The position numbers were made by a program, and so were the translations under genes. Of a stretch of DNA of 64,000 nucleotides, positions 1-11,464 are shown piece by piece. The DNA comes from Octopus sinensis (lineage: Eukaryota), in NCBI RefSeq assembly GCF_006345805.1, contig NC_043004.1, forward strand, positions 86,180,001 to 86,244,000. The letters are read 5' to 3'. Positions within the stretch are counted from its first letter, which is position 1. Each line of letters begins with the position of its first letter. The notes below the pieces were generated by a model that saw only the letters and a program-made list of their open reading frames with translations, did no database searches and was not told the origin of the DNA.

Positions 1-85
1 ATCGGTTTCTTTGACTGAACCGCTACGTTTGAGACGCACATAAACCAAAATCAGTTGTCACGTAGTGGTGGAGGACAAGCACAAC

Positions 86-128
<43 letters not shown>

Positions 129-151
129 TTGTAGATAGATAGGTAGGTAGT

Positions 152-218
<67 letters not shown>

Positions 219-390
219 TTAGATAGATAGATATACTTTGCGCTTCTTTCAGTTTCCTTCTACCAAATCCACTCACAAAGTATTGGTCGGCCTGAGGCTA
301 TAGCAGAAGACACTCACTCAAAGTACCATGCAATGAAACTGAACACGAAACTATGTAGGTGGCATAGATACTTCTTTTCCACACAGCCAC
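1..390 (-). mobile_element. SINE family A copy (tRNA-like head, internal microsatellite)
   Basis: Reverse complement of the family seen at 36350-36760 (ttcagtttcc..taccaaatccactcacaaag..; ccacacagccac head end); split by (AC)n/(ATAG)n. Confidence 0.75.
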
Positions 391-1650
391 GTCTAAGGCG
401 CACAATCATTAGCGCGTCGGACAAAATACTTAATTGTAGGTCTTCTTGTTCTTTATGTTCTGAATTCAAACTCCGCCGAGATCGACTTTGCTTCTTGTCC
501 CTTCGAGATCGATAAAATAAGTAGCATTTCAGCCCTGAAATCAATATTATGAACTTACCCCCTTTTCTCCAAAGTTAGAAAGAAATATGACGCACAATTA
601 TGCTACAAGAGTCAAAATTATTGAAAAGGTTGCAAGACGCAACGAAAATTTTAGAAAAATAAAAAAGAAATAAGTGGGAATTTTACCGGTGTGTGTGTTA
701 AATTATAAGGGACCAAAAGAGAAAGACTCTCCCCAGACACAACAGAATATGCTGTAAGGATTTCGATATAAACATAACTCGCTTAAAGGCATAACACGTA
801 AGCCTTTAATGAGTTAACAATATACATAACATAACTAAAAAGCATACAACACATCCAATGACAGATTTTAGTTACAGAAAAAGAGGGCACCTTGAAGGGC
901 TCTATTACTAATGGTCCCTTAGAATAAGATGTTCAGATTGCAGACACGAACATGTTTTAATGAATGCATGCATAGCTGATAGCTATAAATAGAAAAGGGA
1001 TTCAGCAAAAAGACGTTGGGAAAGAACAAAAGTAAAAATACATAAAACAATGAATAAGGGGGGGGGGTAAACCAAATTATTACATTCACGTCATGCGGTA
1101 ACTTTATACTTGCCGTCTTAATCAACCCTCTTCCCCTCCGTTCATTGTCAAGCTTATAAGACAATTGCTGTTGAAGAATAGGGGTGCTGTAAAAACTAAT
1201 AATCGGGTGATGTGCCGAATAACTCCTCACATAATAAAGCTATAATTTCTCATGTAAAATGATACCCGGACAATAAATAAATAAATAAATGTATAAATAA
1301 ATAAATAACAATGATAATAATCCTCTCTACTATGGGCACAAGGCCTGAAATTTTGGCGGGGGTACCTAGGCAATAATTTCGACCCCAATGCGTAGATGAT
1401 AATTATTTTATCGACCACGAAAAGATAAAAGGCAAGATCAGCCTCAGCAGAATTTGAACTCAGACTGTAAAACCGTAATCTGTAAGGTCATCTGCTGTTT
1501 ACCTTGATTTGAGATCACAATGTCGCGCACATATAGTTGTGACGCATGTGCCTGGTGTACCCTTATAAGACGGGTAGTCATGATGGGTATACTGGGCTTC
1601 GTATATTTTACCCCAGTGTCACTTTGATGGTATGCACTGCCCTCTCACTC

Positions 1651-1690
<40 letters not shown>

Positions 1691-1716
1691 TAATAATAAT
1701 AGTGATGATGATGATA

Positions 1717-1766
<50 letters not shown>

Positions 1767-2788
1767 AAATATTAATGTTCATTCATGGTTACTGTTATAA
1801 AACTGGCGCTTTACAATGAAGGCATCCCTATGTAGTCGCTTAAGCTGCAGAAAATGGCAGCCAAAATCTTCCTGCCTCAAGTCACACATGAACCTCTAAA
1901 AAAACAAAGGACGAGTGAGTTGGATAATGAGATTCATAGATATATCAAAAGTCGGTATGGTCACAGCCGGAAAGCCTTTGATCTTAGGTTTAACCTAGGG
2001 CTAAGCAACCTCAACAATGACATCAACAACAGCTAAACTATACCCTACCTTCATATTTAAAAAGGGACAAATTGCAAAAGAGACGGAGGATGGTCATACT
2101 GGTCACATCTTAAAGGAAGAGGTGACCGTTAAAAGACGTGATGGTCGCGGATGGAACGGTTTTCATTATTAGTCTGTTCAATCACGGCTGACCTGCGACC
2201 TAAAGGACAACAGCAGCAAATATGTACTCCATAAGAGTACATACATCTGACGTAGTACTCTTCATGTCTTCTATCTATTTTGTATTTTAATTAGTCATTG
2301 GCCTGCGGCCATGCTGGAGCATGGCCTTGAAGAACTTTAGTCAAACAAATCTACCTCAGTACTTACTTAGTTTGGTACTTATCATCCTGGATATATTTTA
2401 CCAAACTGCTAAGTTACGGAGGCGGAGACGCAAACAAAACAACACCGGTTGACATGCGTTTGAGAAATCGTTGTCGTCGTCATCGTCGCCGGTTTTATCT
2501 CGTTCGTATCCAAGAATTTAATTTCTTCTTTGCGGTGACGTCGTTGGCGACTCTATAGGACAATCTTTGCATAGTTACGGTAAGTTACGAAGGTGGAGGA
2601 TGTAAACAAAGCAACACCGGTTGTCACGAGGTAGGTTGAGAAATACAAGAACTAAAACACACTCACACGCATACATGACGAACTTCCACGTAGTTTCCGT
2701 TTACAAAAGTCGTTTAGATGGCATTACTTGGTTTGGGGCTATAGCAGAAGACACTTGCCTAAAGTGCCGCGCAGCGGTCTTCCGCCAA

Positions 2789-2834
<46 letters not shown>

Positions 2835-2836
2835 AG

Positions 2837-2895
<59 letters not shown>

Positions 2896-2959
2896 AATAT
2901 ACACGCATACACACACAGGGATAATTGATGCATGTCTATCGTTGTAGATCGATTTCAGA

Positions 2960-3150
2960 TTTTGGCACAAGGCCAGCAATTTTTGGGAGAGGTTATGTCG
3001 ATTATATCACTCCCAGTACGCAACTGGTACTTGTTCTATCGACCCCGAAAGGATGAAAGGCAAAACCGACCTCGGCAGAATTTGAACTCAGAACGTAAAG
3101 ACGGACGAAGTGCCGCTAAGCATTTCTCCGGGCGCGTTAACGAATCTTCC
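2960..3150 (-). mobile_element. SINE family B copy
   Basis: tcgaccccgaaaggatgaaaggcaaa..gacctcggcagaatttgaactcagaacgt matches the recurrent family at 40940-41460 and 49320-49780. Confidence 0.8.
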
Positions 3151-3206
3151 GTTGTAAGCCTTAAATATCGTTGTATGTTGATTGCTCAACTAATACGGAA
3201 GCATTA

Positions 3207-3930
3207 GTGACCCTCCGTTGGTTGCATCGACGAGGGTTCCATTTGATTCGATCACGGAACAGCCTACCCGTGAATTTACGTGCAAATGGTTGAGCACTCC
3301 ACAGATAAGCGTACCCTTAACGTAATTTTCAGCGAGATTCAACGGGACACAGAAAGTAACAAAGCTGGCCCTTTGCAATACGGGTACTACTCATTTTGGC
3401 CAGCTGAGTGAACTGGAGCAACTAATAGGTTTGGCGATAGGAAGGGCATCCGGCCGTAATACAGCCTGGCACTCCGTCGGTTGCGACGACGAGGGTTCCA
3501 GTTGATCCGATCATTGGAACAGCCTGCTTGTAAAATTAACGTGCAAGTGACTGAGCACTCCACAGACACACGTACCCTTAACGTAATTCTCAGGAAGATT
3601 CAGAGTGACGTGGAATGTGACAAGGCTGGCCCCTTTGAAATACGGATACAACTCATTTTCGCCAGGTAAGTAGGCAGGAGCAACTAATATGTTTGGCGAT
3701 AAGGGGGACATCCAGCCGTAATACAACCTGGCACTCCGTCGGTTACGTCGACGAGGGTTCCAATTGATACGATCAACGGAACAGCTTACCCAGGAAATTA
3801 CGGGTACAGCTCATTTTCACCAGGTGAGTGAAATAAAATATCTTGCTCAAAAACACAAATCGCCGCCAGGAATCGAACCGACGACCTTCCGATCGCGAGC
3901 CGAATACCCTAACCACTAAGCCACGCTCTT
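3207..3930 (-). mobile_element. tRNA-derived SINE family C with tandemly repeated body (~260-bp period)
   Basis: Minus-strand head with A box (ttagtggttaggg) and B box (ggttcgattcc) at ~3860-3930; body repeats start at ~3207, ~3469, ~3731; single-body homolog at 57755-58080. Confidence 0.8.
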
Positions 3931-4529
3931 TCTCACGGTAACTTAATTAACTCCGTAATAGAATTACGCAGCACGATCAGCCATTCGTTAAGGACTACAT
4001 GCTTTAATGTTTGTTTGTGATGTTGTTGACGTTTCCTTCTTTTTATGTTAATTAGTTTAACCCGCCCCACCCCACCCAATTCAGTTCTGAACATGAATAT
4101 CTATGATCAAACGCATATCAACCATGATGGATCTAATCACTTTTTTGTGGAGTGGGGGAAATACATTGCTCTGTAGTGCAATCTTTCTTTTTTTTTTATG
4201 TTTGTGACTTTAGTGTTTGATTTCAAAGAGATTTTCACTACTTATTCTAGCAGTTTGAGCCGTCATATAGAGGATCTTCTCCGATTACTTACTTACTGCA
4301 TTACAATTGATTTGATGCTCACGCTAAACATGATGGATGCGATTGGCCTACTTACATGTATACATGGTGGCTGCCCCCTCGTTATCGAGTATGGCCATTG
4401 CACTAAGCTTAATCAATGTTGTTATCGTGCAATGCCTGTGCAAAAATATTTTTTTTAAAGTGAGGAAAGGCTGTGCACTGAGTCAATCCCACTCACTAAG
4501 CAACAGCAGTCATAATCCGAAAAGAAGAA

Positions 4530-4920
4530 CAAGTCAATATCATCGGTAACCAATGAGCCGCAGGTTTTACGTCGGAGTTATCCCAGTTACCTGAGTTACC
4601 TTCTCCTAGAAGGATGCCCTAACAAAGGCTAGGAGTCCTACACTCCCAATGGTTTAACCGCGCTATCGGGTATTCAGTCCGATTATTTCTATGTCCCCGC
4701 GCATGATATAGCCTTAAGACATTTATTGGATGGCCGTTGACTCTCAGGAGTTCTTCCGCCCTTTGACGGGTTTTGTTTTTCATCCCGCAGGGTGCCCAAT
4801 AAACACCCTCCTCACCAAGCAAGCTTGGTGGGGTTGCCGGTTTCGTCGCCGACGACCCGACCCTGCAACAGGTTATACTGGGTTACATGTTACCAGTAGC
4901 ACTCGAAAGTGACCTGACAT
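4530..4920 (-). mobile_element. 5'-UTR-only fragment of an RTE-like LINE
   Basis: 4730-4920 aligns by eye with 11040-11240, the 5' end of the long RTE element; no ORF sequence follows. Confidence 0.7.
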
Positions 4921-5049
4921 ACATACATATATGCACACATATATGCCTATAGACAGACAGACAGACAGACGCATATACACAGTGAAAGTTTATCAAACCC
5001 ACTATCGAGAGTAGTAATGCCCATACATACTAGCCTCCCCCTCCCCACG

Positions 5050-5255
5050 CCATCAGTGTTATCCAGAGAAAGACAAAGGGGCCGATATAGCTTGGCATCA
5101 GTGACGTTGCACCTCATTTCTACAGCTGAGTGAACTGGGGCAACGTGAAATAAAGTGTCTAGCTCAAGAACTCAACACATAGCCCGGTCAGGGTATCGAA
5201 CTCACTTCCTCATGATTGTGAGCCCGACGCTCTACCCACTGAGACATGCGCCATA
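5050..5255 (-). mobile_element. tRNA-derived SINE fragment
   Basis: Minus strand reads tcagtgggtagagcgtcgggctcacaatcatgaggaagtgagttcgatac (A and B boxes). Confidence 0.7.
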
Positions 5256-6062
5256 AAAATGCCTGCAACGAAACATACGGCACGCAGTTGACTACAAAGC
5301 AGTATGGAAGATAACGATTACCTTATATTTTCTAGCGGAAAAATCAGTGATGAATTGTAACCTTTGTAACACGTAATATCTCAGGTTATCTTAATTTCGA
5401 CAGGCTGGCTGAATCGTTCGGGCGCCGGGAAAGCGGCATTTCTTCAGACTTTAACGCGCTGAATTCAAATTACTGCTGGGGCTGACTTTGTCTTTCATCG
5501 TTTTGGGGGTCGATAAAATAAGTACCACTTGATGTAATCGATTTCCCTCCACCCCTGAAATTGCTGGCCCTGTGCCAAAATTTGAAACTTATATCTAATG
5601 TAATTCCATGGTTAATAAACCAAAATTATATCGTGCATAAAAAAGAAAATTGAAATACTAAAGTAAGTAAAAAAAAAACCCAGATAAAATTATTTGAACG
5701 CAAACTTTTAAAACTTGCATGGTTCTTCTTACCTATATTAATTTTTTGTTGAAGCTATCGAGCTTTTGTAGTAGAACAGCAATCGGTTTCATAAAAATGC
5801 GTCATATTCTTCCTACAAACACCTCTGATGATTGCCGAGTGTTTTTGTTCCCCAACTTTCGTGTGGGAAACCGATTGGTTAAATCGCTTGAAATGAATCT
5901 TATGATATGATATTTTATCAATATTAACATACCTACTCAATTGATAAATTCACAAGTGCATATTTTTCTTCTTATTCATTGATTCTTAGGCAACTTATAT
6001 GTGTGTGTGTGTGTGTGTGTGTATGAGTGTGTGTGAGAGAGTACGTATGTATATATAAAGTG

Positions 6063-6117
<55 letters not shown>

Positions 6118-6232
6118 TAGGATGATCCGGTTCTTGACTGAAGATTGAAGGCTTCGAATGTCCCGTCCGTGTTTTTTTGTATCGTCTTCTAAATGTTTTA
6201 CTTCTTGTCCCAGTTTGTATTTTTCTACATAT

Positions 6233-6307
<75 letters not shown>

Positions 6308-6397
6308 CTATTATGCAATTCAAACAATGATAGACATAAACCAAATCATGAATAAAAAATAAAATGTATTTTTTTAAAACATATAACTAGATCACAA

Positions 6398-6429
<32 letters not shown>

Positions 6430-6433
<4 letters not shown>

Positions 6434-6750
6434 TTGCCATCAAGATGTAGGACAAGATACTGCAATAGTCTGGGCTTCAGAGGTTCACAGCTCTTCAATA
6501 TCCTCTCGAAGGACCTGAGAGAACTGCATGGGGTGGATGTAGATGTCTTCAAAATAAAGCTGGACTTCTTCCTGTCGAATGTCCCCGATGAACCAACTTC
6601 ACGGCAGGAGGTGCAGATGAGGGCAAATCTCATGCACCAAATCTCATTTGCTAAAAAGCATCCGTGAAGTAAAATCATGTAGCAACACCGAATGGCGGTG
6701 CCCCAGCATGGCCACAGCTCGTGAGCTGAAACTAGATGAATGAAATGAAA
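6430..6750 (+). mobile_element. 3' end fragment of a CR1/L2-group LINE
   Basis: Translates PSRCRTRYCNSLGFRGSQLFNILSKDLRELHGVDVDVFKIKLDFFLSNVPDEP (RT C-terminal region), followed by a 3' UTR and an (AATGA)-like tail. Confidence 0.75.
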
Positions 6751-6760
6751 ACATGAATAT

Positions 6761-7140
6761 CCATGCTGGGGCACCGCCATTCGGTGTTGCTACATGATTT
6801 TAACTTCACGGATGCTTTTTAGCAAATGAGATTTGGTGCATGAGATTTGCCCTCATCTGCACCTCTGCCGAGAAGTTGGTTCATCGGAGACATTCGACAG
6901 AAGAGGTCCAGCTTTATTTTGAAGACATCTACATCCACCCCATGCAGGTCTCTCAGGTCCTTCGAAGATTGAAGAGCGTGGACTTCTGAAGCCCATACTA
7001 TCGCAGTATCTTGTCCTACATCTTGATGGCAAATTTGGAATCCTTGGCACTAGATACAGTGGCGCCCAGTTTCTAAGTATTTGTGTAACTCTCGATGCCA
7101 AAATTTGGGACAAGTCCTTCCAGATCTTCCAGATGTATAT
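6761..7140 (-). mobile_element. Second 3' fragment of the same LINE, inverted (tail-to-tail)
   Basis: Reverse complement of 6430-6711; ORF 6853..7113 gives LVPRIPNLPSRCRTRYCDSMGFR. Confidence 0.8.
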
Positions 7141-7275
7141 ATGGCATATCTTTCTCGCCTACTCTCTAAGAATAGAGTCTTACTCTTGAGTCTTTCCCAA
7201 TAGCTTATATGTTGCATAGAGGCTATTTTCTTCGTGTAGCTTCGTTGGATTGCCTATATATATATATATAATAAT

Positions 7276-10200
7276 GTTCGTCCTTCGGTTCGAAGATGAC
7301 CAACTGACATCATCTGATGGAACTGCCGCCATGAGACCGGAGGTGGCTGGTGAGGCCAATCCGGGCAAGGAAGCCCCTCCCACAGGTGGGGCAGAAGTGG
7401 GTAGGGGCAGTGCTACTGGTGCAGGCGGCTCTGACTTTACGCATCTGACGTTTCTGCTCCGCTGACCGAATCCGTCCCTCCGGCTGTCCCTGCTCCCACG
7501 GTGATTGCGCTGGCGCCAGGATGAGCGGTTGGCAGCAAGTGTCTCCCAGGTCTCTGTTCCGATGGAGAAGTCTTTGAGAGAGACCTTGAGACTATCCTTG
7601 TAGCGCTTTTTCTGCCCTCCGACTTTGCGCCTGCCCTGGCCGAGTTCACCGTAGAAGAGCTGTTTTGGGATGCGAGTGTCGGACATGCGGGAGACGTGGC
7701 CCGCCCATCTCAGCTGGGCCTTGCGCATGATTGTGATGGTGCTAGGGAGATCTGCCTGCTTCAGAACTTCCGTGTCTGGGACTTTGTCCTGCCAGCGGAT
7801 GTGAAGGAGATTCCGAAGACACCTGAGATGGAAGTGGTTTATCTGGCGCTCGTGCCTTCGTAGTAAGCAGTCCACGTCTCGCAGCCGTATAGTAGAGTGG
7901 TAAGCACGACTGCCCGGTAGACTTTCAGCTTGGTGTTGAGGCTGATTCCTCTCCGCTCCCAGACTTTCTTTCGCAGTCTCCCAAACGCGCTGCTTGCCTT
8001 GGAGATTCTGTTGATGGTTTCAGCATCTATGTTGGCATTGCAGGAGAGAGTGCTGCCCAGGTAGGTGAAGTTTTCCACCACTCGTAGATCCGTCCGTTCA
8101 CCCTTATCTGAGGCTCATGGTATTGTTTGCCGGGGGCTGGCTGAAACATCACTTCGGTTTTCTTTGCACTGATGGTGAGACCGAAGTTGTCACAGGCTGA
8201 TGAGAACCTGTCCATCTCGAGCTGCATCTCCTGCTCATCGATTGCATTAAGGGCGCAGTCGTCAGCAAAGAGAAAGTCTCTGACGACTGTCTCCCTCACC
8301 TTTGTGACAGCCTGCAATCTCCTGGAGTTGAAAAGTTTCCCGTCTGTCCTGTACTTGATGTTGATACCGGACTTGCAGTCCCTAAAGGCGTCGGACATCA
8401 TTGCCGAGAACATGATGCTGAACAGTGTTGGGGCCAGGACACAGCCCTGCCTGACTCCGTTGGTCACCTGGAAGGCTTCAGATGAGTCGCCGTCCTCAAG
8501 GATTCTGGCTGTCATTCCGTCGTGGAACTGGCGGACAATTGCAATAAATTGCTGGGGCAACCAAATTTTCCCATGACCTTCCATAGTCCCTCCCGACTGA
8601 CTGTATCAAAGGCCTTGGTGAGGTCAACAAAGGTCATGCAGAGGTCAAGGTGCTGCTCCATGCATTTCTCCTGGAGCTGGCGGGCGGCGAATATCATGTC
8701 AGTGGTCCCTCGACCCGCACGGAAGCCACACTGGCTCTCAGGGAGAAGGCCTTGCTCCAAGTGTTCCAGAAGGCGGTCAAGCAGGACCCGGGCCAGGATC
8801 TTGCCTGCTATGGACAAGAGGGAAATACCTCGGTGGTTTCGCAGGACTGCCGATCTCCTTTCCGCTTATAAATGTGGACGATTGTTGCATCCCGGAAATC
8901 TTGAGGGAGTTGTTCCCTGTCCCACATCGACTGGAACTGGAGCTGGTGATGACTGATCATGGTGGGGCCTCCCGACTTGAACACCTCTGCAGGGATGGCG
9001 TCAGAGCCTGGAGCTTTGCCGGTGGACATTTTTTTGATGGCTCTGCTCACTTCCCCGACTGCAGGGGGAACAGCCAACTCGTGGTTTGTCGGCACCTGGG
9101 GGAGTCGTGCGATGGCTTCCTCGTTGATCTGGGCTGGTCGGTTGAGCACGATGTTGAAGTGCTCCGCCCATCTCTCCAGGATCAGCCTCTTGTTAGTCAG
9201 GAGTGAGGTTCCATCTGAGCTGAGCAGGGGGGTTGATCCAAAGGAGAACTGCGGTCCATAGACAGCTTTCAGCGCCTCGTAGAATTTCTTGGTGTCGTGT
9301 TTGTCTGCGTATCCCTGAATCTCATCCGCCTTGGCGCTTAACCATGCATCTTGCATGAGGCGGAGTTTAGCCTGGACTGTGCTGCGAATGTTGTTGAAAG
9401 CGGCCTTCTTTGCCGTGCAGGTGGTGTCATTTTGGTGAGCCCGCAGCAGACGGCGTTTCTCTTCTCAGGAGCTTTTGGATTTCCTGGTCGTTTTCGTCGA
9501 ACCAGTCCTGGTGGTTCCTCGTAATTTGGCCCAGAGTTTCAAGGGCGATGGAATGAACCGTGTCCCTGAATGATTCCCACTGCTCATCGATGCTGGACTG
9601 GTCACTCCGAATGTCCAACAGCTTACTGTCCATACGTGACTGGAGATCTTGTGCAGTCAGCTGGTTTCTTAATTTCGTGATGTTAAGCTTCCTCGTCACT
9701 TTCTGACCCTGTGGTCTTCTCTTAGGTCGGATGTAGAAATCCATCCTGGAGATGATGAGGCGATGGTCCGTCCAGCAGTCAGCTCCGCACATGGCTTTGA
9801 CCAGTCTCACGTCCCGCCTGTCTTTCGCCCTGACGATGACGTAATCTATCAGATGCCAGTGTTTGGAGCGTGGATGCATCCATGATGTCTTGTTGCGTGT
9901 TGGCAGACGGAACAAGGTGTTGGCGATGGTAAGATCATGAGAGGCACACGCACGCAGGAGGAGCTGTCCGTTGCTGTTGCACTTTCCGATTCCTTGCTTT
10001 CCCAGTACGCGATGCCAGGCTTGGTGGTCAGTCCCGACACGGGCGTTAAAATCCCCAAGGAGGATGAGCTTCCCAGGCTGGGCTGACGTGATGAGGGAGT
10101 CGAGTTCCTCATAGAACCTGTCCTTAACTTCTTCAGGGTTGGTCATGGTGGGGGCGTAAGCACTGATGATGGTCGCACTAGTCTTGTTTCCAAGTGGGAG

Positions 10201-11240
10201 CTGCATCTTCATCAGCCGATCGTTGATACCCTCGGGGGGGCTTTCCAGTTTCCGCACGTGTACTGACTTAATGGCAAAACCAACACCAGCCTCACGACGC
10301 TCTTCGCTGCTGCGACCACTCCAAAAGAAAGTGTAGCCGCCGCCTGTCTCTGTCAGCTGGCCTTTGTCCGCAAGGCGGGTCTCGCTCAGTGCTGCAATAT
10401 CGACACTGTATCGGCTCAGTTCTCTGGCCACCAGGGCAGTTCGTCTCTCTGGTCTGTCCGCTTTGGTGTTGTCAAGCAGAGTTCTCACGTTCCAAGTTGC
10501 GAAAGTGAGCACCTTTGTTTGTTTTCTTCTTTCTTTGTTTCGACCGCTTGGAAAGGATCCCCGCCAGCCGCGGTTTGCTGACCAGGGTGAGGTGAGGCAG
10601 GCTATGTTTAGGGCAACCTTTTCTAGCCCCGTCCTCATGCTGGGGAGGCGAGCAGAGCGATCCTGAAGAGGGCTGCTCGGTCACTCAGGAGGCTGCCGGA
10701 CTCCACTGCTGCCTCAGTTCAGTGAGGGGCGACCACATGTCCTGAGCCGCCTGTGTGTGGGTTCACGACTGCAGCTCCCAGTGTATCCTCACCTGCTACT
10801 TCGCCGTTTCCCCATCGCCACAGGACTTTGGGATGGTGTCATGGCGTCATGATGTCGTGACATGCGCGTGACTTGGATTATAGTGAGGGTGACTTGCGCA
10901 GGATCAGCCTCACTCTCTCGTCCTGGTGCGCCGGATCCAGTGGCAAGACAAAGTCAAGACGACTGGGGGTAGACCAAGATGCAGGAGCTGCCGGAAGGTG
11001 GCACGCATGGCGCAATCCAACCGCCTTAGGGGCTCCACTCCGGATTTTGGATGGCCATTGACTCATGAGAGTTCCTCTGCCCTTTGACAGGTTTTGTTTT
11101 TAGTCCTGCTGGGTGTCCAAATCACCCTCCTCACCAAGAAATCTTGGTGGGGTTGCCAGTTTAGTCGCCAACGACCCGACCATGTAACAGGTTGTACTGG
11201 GTTACATGTTACCAGTAGCTCCAAGCGGAGACCTGACACA
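7276..11240 (-). mobile_element. Near full-length RTE (BovB-like) non-LTR retrotransposon
   Basis: APE endonuclease (ATWNVRTL, IAALSETR, LLGDFNAR, DYVIV, WTDHRL), RT (QCGFRAGRGTTDM, VDLTKAFD, GVRQGCVLAP, LFADD), C-terminal C2H2 (CPTCGRGFLARIGLTSHLRSH), 3' end ggtcatcttcgaaccgaaggacgaac; both ends sit in (TA)n. Confidence 0.95.
7310..10638 (-). pseudogene. RTE ORF (APE-RT-C2H2) interrupted by about seven small frameshifts
   Basis: ORFs 9427..10638, 8808..9356, 8512..8817, 8027..8584, 7839..8081 and 7180..7875 join into one protein if 1-2 nt indels near 9460, 8835, 8562, 8090, 7862, 7515 and 7480 are repaired; reconstructed stop TGA at 7310-7312. Confidence 0.9.
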
Positions 11241-11262
11241 AATATATATATATATATACAGT

Positions 11263-11317
<55 letters not shown>

Positions 11318-11348
11318 CATAGATAGATAGACAGACAGACAGACAGAT

Positions 11349-11464
<116 letters not shown>

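Noticed and set aside
3860-3930. tRNA-like sequences (also ~5190-5255, ~57760-57830, ~58670-58750)
   Set aside because: They have A/B boxes but no complete acceptor stem and continue into SINE bodies, so they are SINE heads, not tRNA genes.
5820-5890. CTGATGA...GAAACCGATTGGTT hammerhead-like spacing
   Set aside because: No credible stem I or stem II; consistent with chance.
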